Assembly (NCBI GenBank): GCA_024400635.1
Contig: JAKSMI010000003.1
Location: 1,076 to 65,075, forward strand
Reading direction: 5' to 3'
Length of the DNA: 64,000 bases
From: Bacteroidales bacterium
GTDB lineage: Bacteria > Bacteroidota > Bacteroidia > Bacteroidales > WCHB1-69
The notes under the pieces were generated by a model. That model saw only the letters and a program-made list of their open reading frames with translations, made no database searches and was not told the origin of the DNA. Positions 56,018 to 64,000 of this stretch are shown piece by piece (position 1 is the first letter of the stretch; every line of letters begins with the position of its first letter). The translations under genes and the position numbers were made by a program.

Positions 56018-58894
56018 TTACAATGTTACCTTAACCTCGTATTCCTCGTAACCTTCAATGATATCGCCGACTTTGATATCGTTGAAGTTTTCGATATTCA
56101 AACCGCAATCCTGGCCAGCAACGACTTCCTTGACATCGTCTTTAAAACGGCGGAGGGAGCCCAATTTGCCAGTATAGATAACGATACCATCACGAATCAG
56201 GCGGACTTTCGTATTGCGCTGCAATTTACCATCAAGGACCATACAACCTGCCACATTACCAACCTTCGTAATTTTAAAGACTTCACGGATTTCGATGTTG
56301 CAAAGCACTTTCTCGCGAATTTCGGGAGAGTGCATACCTGCGATAGCATCCTTGATTTCGTTGATGGCAGTATAAATAATGGAATAGGTACGAATATCAA
56401 TCTGTTCCTGTTCTGCCAGTTTTCTCGAACCCGGTGAAGGACGTACCTGGAAGGCCACGATAATCGCATTGGAAGCTGTTGCCAGCAAAACGTCACTTTC
56501 TGTAACCTGTCCAACGGATTTGTGAATGACGTTGACCTGCACCTGCTCGGTGGACAGTTTAAGCAATGAATCCGACAGAGCTTCAACAGAGCCGTCAACG
56601 TCACCTTTGACGATGATGTTCAATTCCTTGAAGTCGCCGATGGCTATACGGCGGCCGATTTCATCGAGCGTGATGTGTTTCTGGGTACGCAAGCCCATTT
56701 CACGATTCAACTGGGCACGCTTGGTAGCTGTAATGCGAGCTTCATGTTCCGAAGCAGCCACCTTAAAGAGATCGCCAGCCTGCGGAGCCCCGTTGAGACC
56801 CAAGAGCAACACAGGAGTCGCTGGACCAGCAGACTGCACCTGCTGACCACGTTCATTATACAATGCTTTAACCTTACCATAGCAAGGACCGGCAATGATA
56901 GGATCGCCAACACTCAAAGTGCCATTCTGCACCAGAACTTTGGCAACATAACCTTTACCCTTATCCAATGAAGATTCGATGACGGTACCGATACCCAAAC
57001 GGGATGGGTTGGCCTTCAAGTCAAGCAATTCGGCTTCCAGCAATACTTTTTCAAGCAATTCATTGACATTGGTACCGTGCTTGGCATCAATTTCCTGACA
57101 CTGGAACTTACCGCCCCACTCTTCCACCAGAATATTCATTTTTGCCAAACCTTCCTTGATTTTATCAGGATTAGCCTGTGGCTTATCAATCTTGGTGATG
57201 GCGAAAACCATCGGCACGCCTGCGGCTTGTGCGTGATTGATAGCCTCAATAGTCTGGGGCATGATATTGTCATCTGCGGCGATGACGATGATACACACGT
57301 CGGTGATTTTGGCACCACGGGCACGCATGGCGGTAAATGCTTCGTGACCGGGCGTATCCAAGAATGTAATCTTTCTTTCATCGGGAAGTGTTACTTCGTA
57401 TGCACCAATGTGCTGCGTGATACCACCAGCTTCACCGGCAATTACGTTTGACTTGCGGATGTAGTCCAACAAAGACGTTTTACCATGGTCAACGTGGCCC
57501 ATGACGGTAATGATAGGATGGCGTGGCGACAAATCCTCCGGATTGTCAACATCGTTGATGGATTGTTCTTCTTCAACATCAGCGCCAACGAATTCCACCT
57601 GAAATCCGTATTCGTCTGCCAGCAAGGAAATGGTTTCAGCATCCAGACGCTGGTTGATGGAAACGAACAAACCCACGCTCATACAAGTAGCGATAATCTT
57701 ATTGACGTTCACATTCATCAGCGTAGCCAACTCGTTGGCGGTCAAGAATTCCGTAACCTTTAGAATTCTCTGTTGCTCGAGTTCCATCTGTTCTTGTTCA
57801 AGCATTTCGGCGTGGATATGCTGACGTTTTTCCCTTCTACGCTTTGATGTCTTTGATTTTCCAAGAGGTTCGAGACGCATCATAGTCTCTTTAATCTGGC
57901 GTTGAATATCCTCTTCTGAAATTTCAACTTTGGGAGCCATCTGTTTTTTCGGCTTTTCTTCCTTTGTCTGAGCCTTCACCGCCTGCTGCTTGATACGCTT
58001 ACGTTTTTTCTTCAAGTCAGCCGCATTTTCGGTGTTCTTTGGCTGCGGCTTCTCGGCACGATGTTTTTCCGCACTACCCAAATCAATTTTTCCCAAAATC
58101 TTTGGACCTTGCAAAGTCTCAACTTTGGTTTCGATATGTTCTGGGACTTTAACGTCAGAAACCTCAACATTCACTTCTTCGACAACAGGTTCGTCCTGAA
58201 CGGGTTCCTCCTGAGGTATATCTTCGACCGGTGCTTCTTCAACCACAGGTTTTTCAGCGGTTTTGCTATGTTTTTTACCTTTTTTAGAGATGCTATCCAG
58301 ATCGATTTTACCCACGGTGACAATATTATCAGCAAGGTTTTCAACCACGGTTTCAATATGTTCCACGACATGGATTTCTTCTGGAACAGCAGGTTCTTCC
58401 GCTTGCTTTTGCTCTTCAACGACAGGACTGGCAGCACTCTCATCCTGAGCTGGCTTTTCTTCAACCGAAGATTTGTGGGCAGAAGGTTTTTTCTTTTCTT
58501 CGATATCGATTTTGCCAACGATTTTAGGCTGTTTTTTTTCAACAGTGACTGGAATCTTTTCTGTTTCAATCACATTGACACGCTTGATGAGCACATCTTC
58601 CACAACAGGATCGCTTTCCTTTTCGTCCTTAGCGACACGCGGAGCTTCAACAGGCTCTTCTTCTTTCTTGAAAGTGCCTATTTCAATGGACTTGGACTCT
58701 TCCTTTACCAATTTTTCGCCTTGGAATTCCTTAACGATGACAGCGTACATTTCCTCTGTAAGCTTACTATTGGGACTTTCAAGCGCACTAATATCAATAT
58801 TTTTCTTTACAAGTAACGACTTAATAGTATCGATAGCGACGTTAAATTCGCTCGCCGCCTTGCTTAAACGTGGTATTTTCTTTCCTTCTGCCAT
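56018..58894 (-). CDS. infB: translation initiation factor IF-2
   Basis: Charged low-complexity N-terminal region and GTPase core [14 protein letters not shown]...DTPGHEAF...NKID. 958 aa. Confidence 0.95.
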   Translation of the reverse strand: MAEGKKIPRLSKAASEFNVAIDTIKSLLVKKNIDISALESPNSKLTEEMYAVIVKEFQGEKLVKEESKSIEIGTFKKEEEPVEAPRVAKDEKESDPVVEDVLIKRVNVIETEKIPVTVEKKQPKIVGKIDIEEKKKPSAHKSSVEEKPAQDESAASPVVEEQKQAEEPAVPEEIHVVEHIETVVENLADNIVTVGKIDLDSISKKGKKHSKTAEKPVVEEAPVEDIPQEEPVQDEPVVEEVNVEVSDVKVPEHIETKVETLQGPKILGKIDLGSAEKHRAEKPQPKNTENAADLKKKRKRIKQQAVKAQTKEEKPKKQMAPKVEISEEDIQRQIKETMMRLEPLGKSKTSKRRREKRQHIHAEMLEQEQMELEQQRILKVTEFLTANELATLMNVNVNKIIATCMSVGLFVSINQRLDAETISLLADEYGFQVEFVGADVEEEQSINDVDNPEDLSPRHPIITVMGHVDHGKTSLLDYIRKSNVIAGEAGGITQHIGAYEVTLPDERKITFLDTPGHEAFTAMRARGAKITDVCIIVIAADDNIMPQTIEAINHAQAAGVPMVFAITKIDKPQANPDKIKEGLAKMNILVEEWGGKFQCQEIDAKHGTNVNELLEKVLLEAELLDLKANPSRLGIGTVIESSLDKGKGYVAKVLVQNGTLSVGDPIIAGPCYGKVKALYNERGQQVQSAGPATPVLLLGLNGAPQAGDLFKVAASEHEARITATKRAQLNREMGLRTQKHITLDEIGRRIAIGDFKELNIIVKGDVDGSVEALSDSLLKLSTEQVQVNVIHKSVGQVTESDVLLATASNAIIVAFQVRPSPGSRKLAEQEQIDIRTYSIIYTAINEIKDAIAGMHSPEIREKVLCNIEIREVFKITKVGNVAGCMVLDGKLQRNTKVRLIRDGIVIYTGKLGSLRRFKDDVKEVVAGQDCGLNIENFNDIKVGDIIEGYEEYEVKVTL

Positions 58895-58983
58895 AAAGTT
58901 ATTATATTTTTCTTTGTAATCAATGAGTTAATTTTCAGCATCTAAAATGCATACAGTATGCAACGAGAACCTAAGCCAAAACC

Positions 58984-60228
58984 TTATTCAATATCAAGTT
59001 CCTTCTTGATGGAAGCCAAGACTTCGTCAACGGTTTCTTCTTCAAGATCTGTACGTTGAATCAGTTCATTGCGGCTAATGGCGAGTACACTCTTGGCGGT
59101 ATCGCAACCAATACGTTTGAAGGCATCGATAACCCAGCCGTCGAATTCGTCTTTGAATTCGTCGAGGTCAACGTCTTCTTCTTCCACAACATCATCTCTG
59201 AAGACATCGATGTCGTAGCCAGCCAATTTGCTCGCCAACTTGATATTGTAACCGCCTTTACCGATAGCCAATGACACCTGGTCGGATTTCATATATACAT
59301 TTGCAGTTTTGTTTTCTTCATTAATTTCGATAGAAGAAATCTTAGCGGGACTCAAAGCTCTGCTAATCAGCAATTCGATATTTGAAGTGTAGTTGATGAC
59401 GTCGATATTTTCATTGCGCAGTTCGTGAACAATGCTATGAATACGGCTACCCTTCATTCCCACGCAAGCGCCAACGGGGTCAATACGGTCGTCATAAGAT
59501 TCGACGAGCACCTTGGCTCTTTCACCGGGAGCGCGAACCACGTTCTTAATCGTGATAAGGCCATCGCTGATTTCTGGAATTTCGTGTTCCATCAATCTTT
59601 CCAAGAAAGTAGGAGCGGTACGAGAGATGATGATCAATGGTGTTGAAGAATGAACGTCAACGCGCAAAACGACAGCGGTCAAGGTATCGCCTTTTTTATA
59701 TTTGTCGGCAGGAATCTGTTCTGCCTTGGGCAGCACCAATTCAACGCCTTCTTCATCCTGGATAAGGATTTCCTTACGCCAAACCTGACTAACTTCACCA
59801 GAAACGATTTCACCGATACGATGTTCGTATTTCTTGTAAACCAAATCTTTTTCATATTCCATAACCTTGGTAATCAGGTTCTGACGGAGGGTCAGGATTT
59901 CACGGCGGGCAAAGTCTGCCAGACGAATTTTCTCCATCACTTCCTCACCCACTTCAAAGTCGGGTTCAATCTTGATAGCTTCCGAGAGGGCAATCTGAGT
60001 GAAGTCGTTTTCCACTTCACCATCTTCCACGATTTCGCGATAGCGCTGGATTTCCAAATCGCCACGGTCCACATTGACGATGATATCGAAATTGGCGTCA
60101 GGACCATATTTTTTTGTTAAAGCTGAGCGGAAAACATCCTCCAAGATACGCATCAACGTTTCTCTATCGATATTTTTAAACTCCTTGAATTCCGCAAAGG
60201 TTTCAATCAAATTCAAATTTTCTTCCAT
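58984..60228 (-). CDS. nusA: transcription termination/antitermination factor NusA
   Basis: N-terminal domain, S1 domain (GEIVSGEV), two KH domains (ACVGMKGSRI, AIGKGGYNIKLA). 414 aa, directly upstream of infB. Confidence 0.95.
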   Translation of the reverse strand: MEENLNLIETFAEFKEFKNIDRETLMRILEDVFRSALTKKYGPDANFDIIVNVDRGDLEIQRYREIVEDGEVENDFTQIALSEAIKIEPDFEVGEEVMEKIRLADFARREILTLRQNLITKVMEYEKDLVYKKYEHRIGEIVSGEVSQVWRKEILIQDEEGVELVLPKAEQIPADKYKKGDTLTAVVLRVDVHSSTPLIIISRTAPTFLERLMEHEIPEISDGLITIKNVVRAPGERAKVLVESYDDRIDPVGACVGMKGSRIHSIVHELRNENIDVINYTSNIELLISRALSPAKISSIEINEENKTANVYMKSDQVSLAIGKGGYNIKLASKLAGYDIDVFRDDVVEEEDVDLDEFKDEFDGWVIDAFKRIGCDTAKSVLAISRNELIQRTDLEEETVDEVLASIKKELDIE

Positions 60229-60302
60229 TGTTATTGTTTTTTTATTGTTTATATTAACGATTTAAAATAAGAGGGAGCAAACGCCCCCTCTACCTGTCTT
60301 TA

Positions 60303-60334
60303 CAAAAAACTCCCACCTTGTGAGAAGTGAGAGT
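60303..60334 (-). terminator. intrinsic terminator after tRNA-Gln
   Basis: On the minus strand, acucucac-N10-gugggagu (one G:U pair) is followed by a U6 run, 8 nt after the tRNA 3' end. Confidence 0.65.
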
Positions 60335-60342
60335 TCGTGGAG

Positions 60343-60413
60343 TTGACCAACCAGGATTCGAACCTAGACAGACAGTACCAAAAACTGTAGTGCTACCATT
60401 ACACCATTGGTCA
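60343..60413 (-). tRNA. tRNA-Gln (anticodon TTG)
   Basis: Hand-folded cloverleaf from TGACCAATGGTGTAATGGTAGCACTACAGTTTTTGGTACTGTCTGTCTAGGTTCGAATCCTGGTTGGTCAA, with a U1:A72 pair and anticodon loop TTTTGGT. Confidence 0.85.
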
Positions 60414-60427
60414 TCGTTTTGAGATTG

Positions 60428-60435
60428 CAAAAATA
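60428..60435 (-). promoter_or_regulatory. candidate -7 box (TATTTTTG) for tRNA-Gln
   Basis: The reverse complement of caaaaata lies 15 nt upstream of the tRNA 5' end. Confidence 0.45.
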
Positions 60436-60635
60436 CGATTTTTTTTATTCTTTACAAATATATTTTCCAAAAAAGACTTTTGACACAATACACTGACTTT
60501 CAATTACATAAATTAATTGCAAATAATTTTAGCATCTGTTTTCTTTAATAATGGCCAATAAAAATAGAAATTTTCGAAATGATTTTCCATTTTAGGGGGT
60601 TCTTCGTTTAAGACGCCTTAAAGTAGCATAGACTT

Positions 60636-62456
60636 CTATCTTTTGTCCACTTTCAGATTTTTCTTCACCTTACACTTGTCGCCATTCCGCACCGTGTTGT
60701 GCTTATTGTCGTCAACATCGGTAACAGTGTCCGCACTGGAACATGGCTGACCATCGATATTTTGGAATATCAGTTGCGAGGGATCAAAGGCAAGTTCCCA
60801 TTCGGTAATCCAGCCATTATCACCACCCCATCCATCAATGACTTCGATACCCCAAGCCCCATTCATCGGGCAACCAATCAATGATTCAAATGATCCATCA
60901 GGACGATATACCTGCGTCATATCGCCCACATTGGTAGAGTCAACACGGTTATTGTGAATGTTACCATATTCATAAACAAAACCACTCCCGTAGGCATATT
61001 GATAGCCTTGGGTAGTGTTGCTTGACCAGCAATAATTCCAGGTAGTACCCATAGGATTTGTAAGTTCATCACACTTGTCGGCACTATTATCAGATGGACC
61101 AGCAACGCCAAAATCAGCGGTGCTGCTGTTCATTGCGGCCGTAGGAGCCCATCCCCAAGGCAATGGAATTGAAGAAGCGCAACCCGTTGAAGGTGTACCA
61201 TAACCATATTTATTCAAAATCTTCGCAGATTGTCCATTGGGGCAAGTCAAGTTGATGTACAAATCACCAATGGAAGAGTGTTCTAGTTTAATACGTGCGA
61301 ATAAAATATCATTAGCACTTTGGATGGTTGCGGTAGGCTGAAAATCAGTGAATACAACATAAGACTGATAGGCACAGCCATTGCCACAGTCAATTCCATC
61401 GGGCAAGAAAACCACATCAGCAACAGTTTTGCTGGAAACACCTTCATTGATTTTTGTAAATTCAATTTCATTTCCATAAGCAGTTCCCGCAATATTAGTG
61501 GCATAAGCCCGAGCATAGTACGTGACATCATTCGTCAATCCTGTCATTGTAGATGTGTATTCACCCAGACCGGCACTATCAGTTGTATGGCTGTTGGCAA
61601 TCGTTGGATTTTGTGTCGTACTCCAACATACGCCGCGGGCAGTAACGGGAGCACCACCGTCAGCCAACACTTCGCCGCCAGCGATGACGGAAGTCTGCGT
61701 CATAAGCGTCACGGGCCGGGTGTTTACGGTAGGTAATTGAGCTGGAACCTCAGCAAACTGCAATGTGATATTTTCGGATCCATTAGCCGCAAGCTGAACG
61801 TGCTGGCTTTCCACTTCCTCTCCGTTGATGAGGGCATAGCCCACATATTCCATCTGATCGCCGATGGAAAATGCATTATTGGAACTTCCCTTGGTTTGTA
61901 CAGGTGTTTGTTTCGTATTTCCCATGCCAACGTATTCCACCAGATTCACATTCCCATGGCCATTATTCACCATCTTAATTGTTGAAGATTGGGCATTTTG
62001 GCGGGCAGTCATGAAGTATATGCCTGCGTCAGCAATCTGCACGCGATACTTATGCAAACCTGCCTGCAATGCGTTCATCGCCTTGGCAATCAGTCTTCCA
62101 TTCACATCGGATATTTCCACATTCACCTCACCATTTTCCGCAACATTCAAGCTGGCTTCTGTCGAGCCGCTGAATGGATTAGGATTGTTCTGAGAGAGGG
62201 CAAACGCACCTTCCTTCGCATAGTCCTCTATTCCCGTTCCAACATGCATGGTCATAACCGTATCGGGCCAATAGATGGTTTCCTGCCAGTCCTTCGACAG
62301 GTTGATTATTAGCACTCTTTCCAGTTGACAATAGTCATTGTTGCCATCGCGACCAGTGAAGGTCTGCGTCAGCGTCTGGGAAAATGCTGAAAGCACTGAT
62401 ACCAGCAACACGAAAAATGATAAAACTTTTTTCATAAAATTAATTTTTTGATTCAC
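60636..62456 (-). CDS. secreted multidomain protein: signal peptide, N-proximal T9SS-type-A-sorting-domain-like module, Fn3-like domain, proprotein-convertase P-domain-like module, truncated FISUMP start at the C-terminus
   Basis: Residues about 85-165, FALSQNNPNPFSGSTEASLNV...VEISDVNGRLIA......AGLHKYRV....AGIYFMTAR......TIKMV, match the Por secretion tail pattern. GVCWST...P....S.....GLGEYTSTMTGLTNDVTYYARAYATN..GTAYG. IKLEHSSIGDLYINLTCPNG. Ends ..TVTDVDDNKHNTVRNGDKCKVKKNLKVDKR*. Confidence 0.7.
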   Translation of the reverse strand: MNQKINFMKKVLSFFVLLVSVLSAFSQTLTQTFTGRDGNNDYCQLERVLIINLSKDWQETIYWPDTVMTMHVGTGIEDYAKEGAFALSQNNPNPFSGSTEASLNVAENGEVNVEISDVNGRLIAKAMNALQAGLHKYRVQIADAGIYFMTARQNAQSSTIKMVNNGHGNVNLVEYVGMGNTKQTPVQTKGSSNNAFSIGDQMEYVGYALINGEEVESQHVQLAANGSENITLQFAEVPAQLPTVNTRPVTLMTQTSVIAGGEVLADGGAPVTARGVCWSTTQNPTIANSHTTDSAGLGEYTSTMTGLTNDVTYYARAYATNIAGTAYGNEIEFTKINEGVSSKTVADVVFLPDGIDCGNGCAYQSYVVFTDFQPTATIQSANDILFARIKLEHSSIGDLYINLTCPNGQSAKILNKYGYGTPSTGCASSIPLPWGWAPTAAMNSSTADFGVAGPSDNSADKCDELTNPMGTTWNYCWSSNTTQGYQYAYGSGFVYEYGNIHNNRVDSTNVGDMTQVYRPDGSFESLIGCPMNGAWGIEVIDGWGGDNGWITEWELAFDPSQLIFQNIDGQPCSSADTVTDVDDNKHNTVRNGDKCKVKKNLKVDKR

Positions 62457-62522
62457 TAATATGACGCAGAAAAAATATATTACGTTACAAAAACACAGAA
62501 AAAAATTCTAAACTTCATTGAC

Positions 62523-64000
62523 CTATCTGCAAATCAGCTTCTTCACTTCGAGAGTGCCATTTTCGTCACGGGCCTGGATGAAATACATCCCTTTGGCCCA
62601 ATTGACAGTGGAAATGACCGCTTTGCTGCTTTTGGAAATCACCGTATCCAAAACCAATTTCCCCGTGAAATCAAAAACCTGAATGTTCTGATTTTTATTT
62701 GAATTATTGACAATATTGAATTGATGTCCACAAGGATTAGGGTAAACCTGCAAATCGTTAACGACAGTCCGCGATTCAATGCTCGTTCCCTGATGATGGT
62801 CCAAATAGGCCTGATAAAAATCAGGAATACCATAGCCCATCACAGAGTCGGGTGTTTCGTATTGATGCGACACTTCGCGAATGAACTCCATGATTTCAAG
62901 CGAAGTATACTGCGGCATAGCCTGCCACAAACAGGTGGCAAGTCCTGCCAGGCAAGGCGTTGCGTAAGAAGTTCCATTGCCCGCATTCGGAAAAGTCATC
63001 AACTGATACCATTGCTGGTCGGGACTTGGAGATTCAACTTCCATCGTGAACGAAGTTATCACATTGGTATTAACACCGACAGAGGTCACATCAGGTTTCA
63101 CGCGATTGTCGTATGACGGTCCATAACTCGAAAAAGAACCTGGAACCCTATTGACATCCATTGCTCCAACGGCAAGAATGTCTTCAGCATCGGATGGGCG
63201 GGAAATGCGATGCCAGGGTTTGCTGGCGTCATTGCCTGCTGCCACACACACAATCATGCCTTTGTGTGCCGCCAAGGAAGCCGCACGAGAAACCAAAGAT
63301 TGTCCATTCAAAGAACTGTGATTTCTTGGGAAAGCCTCTTTATCATCAAATTCAGCATAGCCCAATGATGATGTTATCACATCTGCTCCCAAACTGTCGG
63401 CCAACTCGGCACCCGCAATCCAGTAATCCTCTTCGATGGGCTGCTCCGTCCTACCATCTTCCGTACGTATAAAAACCATATTGGCATTGGGGGCGGTTCC
63501 GACAAACGATGAAACAGAACCTTCGTTGTCAGAATATTTCACATTCGTCAAAATAATTGAGGCACAAGCACTTCCGTGCGATTCTTTCCAATATACATTA
63601 GGCTGTCCTGGAACGAAGTTATAAGTTCCCCAAATCTGTCCATTCTCATACAAATTGGCCAAATAGGGATTGATATCGAAGCCGAGCCAACCGGCATCCA
63701 GCATGGCTATCAACATTCCCTCTCCAGCAAATCCTTCAGCATGAAGCATTTGTCCATTATGAACAGCAATCTGGTTGTAGCCGACGCCATAATCCAGTGT
63801 GTCTGCGGTAGGTTCCAAAATCGAACCACTTATAACCACCTCTAAAGAATCTGGCAATGTTTCCTGAGCAAGATTTTCATAATAGCCCACCGCAGTAACG
63901 CTATCCACGAAACCCATATTTCGCACCAAGCCCATCTTTACCGTATCAGGGCACCACAGCACCACGGTATTCATCCATTTAGATGTACAAAGAACTTGCA
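62523..64000 (-). CDS. S8 (subtilisin-family) serine peptidase with C-terminal T9SS type A sorting domain; 5' end lies beyond the window
   Basis: Catalytic triad blocks MLDAGW (Asp), SHGSACAS (His) and GTSYATPCLAG (Ser). C-terminal LQVYPNPCGHQFNI.....NIQVFDFTGKLV.......MYFIQARDENG..EVKKLI. The frame stays open past 63974 to the window edge. Confidence 0.88.
   Translation of the reverse strand, partial: QVLCTSKWMNTVVLWCPDTVKMGLVRNMGFVDSVTAVGYYENLAQETLPDSLEVVISGSILEPTADTLDYGVGYNQIAVHNGQMLHAEGFAGEGMLIAMLDAGWLGFDINPYLANLYENGQIWGTYNFVPGQPNVYWKESHGSACASIILTNVKYSDNEGSVSSFVGTAPNANMVFIRTEDGRTEQPIEEDYWIAGAELADSLGADVITSSLGYAEFDDKEAFPRNHSSLNGQSLVSRAASLAAHKGMIVCVAAGNDASKPWHRISRPSDAEDILAVGAMDVNRVPGSFSSYGPSYDNRVKPDVTSVGVNTNVITSFTMEVESPSPDQQWYQLMTFPNAGNGTSYATPCLAGLATCLWQAMPQYTSLEIMEFIREVSHQYETPDSVMGYGIPDFYQAYLDHHQGTSIESRTVVNDLQVYPNPCGHQFNIVNNSNKNQNIQVFDFTGKLVLDTVISKSSKAVISTVNWAKGMYFIQARDENGTLEVKKLICR

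Overview
This is a 64-kb chromosomal window from a Bacteroidota (Bacteroidales-like) genome. The lineage call rests on TAnnTTTG -7 promoter boxes upstream of many genes, T9SS type A and type B sorting domains, DUF1573 and FISUMP domains, and a eukaryote-type GT3 glycogen synthase. Most of the window is housekeeping: rimO, a DjlA-like J-protein, zapA, rny, aroQ, tmRNA, trxB, sufB, PBP1A, thrS, three tRNAs, galE, fabG, atpBEF, ansA, pdxA, infB and nusA. The accessory part lies at about 15.9-34.2 kb. It holds two adjacent giant paralogous secreted proteins of 2305 and 1810 aa. Each has a signal peptide, a polyglycine-rich N-domain, a Listeria-Bacteroides repeat, Ig-like module arrays and FISUMP domain(s). 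Between the two lies a cluster of GC-rich palindromic repeats around a truncated DUF559 endonuclease gene, and a 1264-aa T9SS type B cargo protein follows. Further points of interest are: a dispersed GC-rich multi-hairpin intergenic element with four same-orientation copies, two of which bracket the giant-gene pair; 8-bp microsatellites; perfect 291-bp in-frame tandem repeats; a 108-bp gene-conversion tract between the paralogs; a candidate 6S RNA downstream of zapA; a GT3-GT35 glycogen synthase/phosphorylase fusion; an Fo-only atpBEF cluster; and a protein with a T9SS sorting-domain-like module near its N-terminus. I found no CRISPR array, integrase, transposase, reverse transcriptase or recognisable defence system. 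All calls come from reading the sequence and ORF translations; no database search was run.
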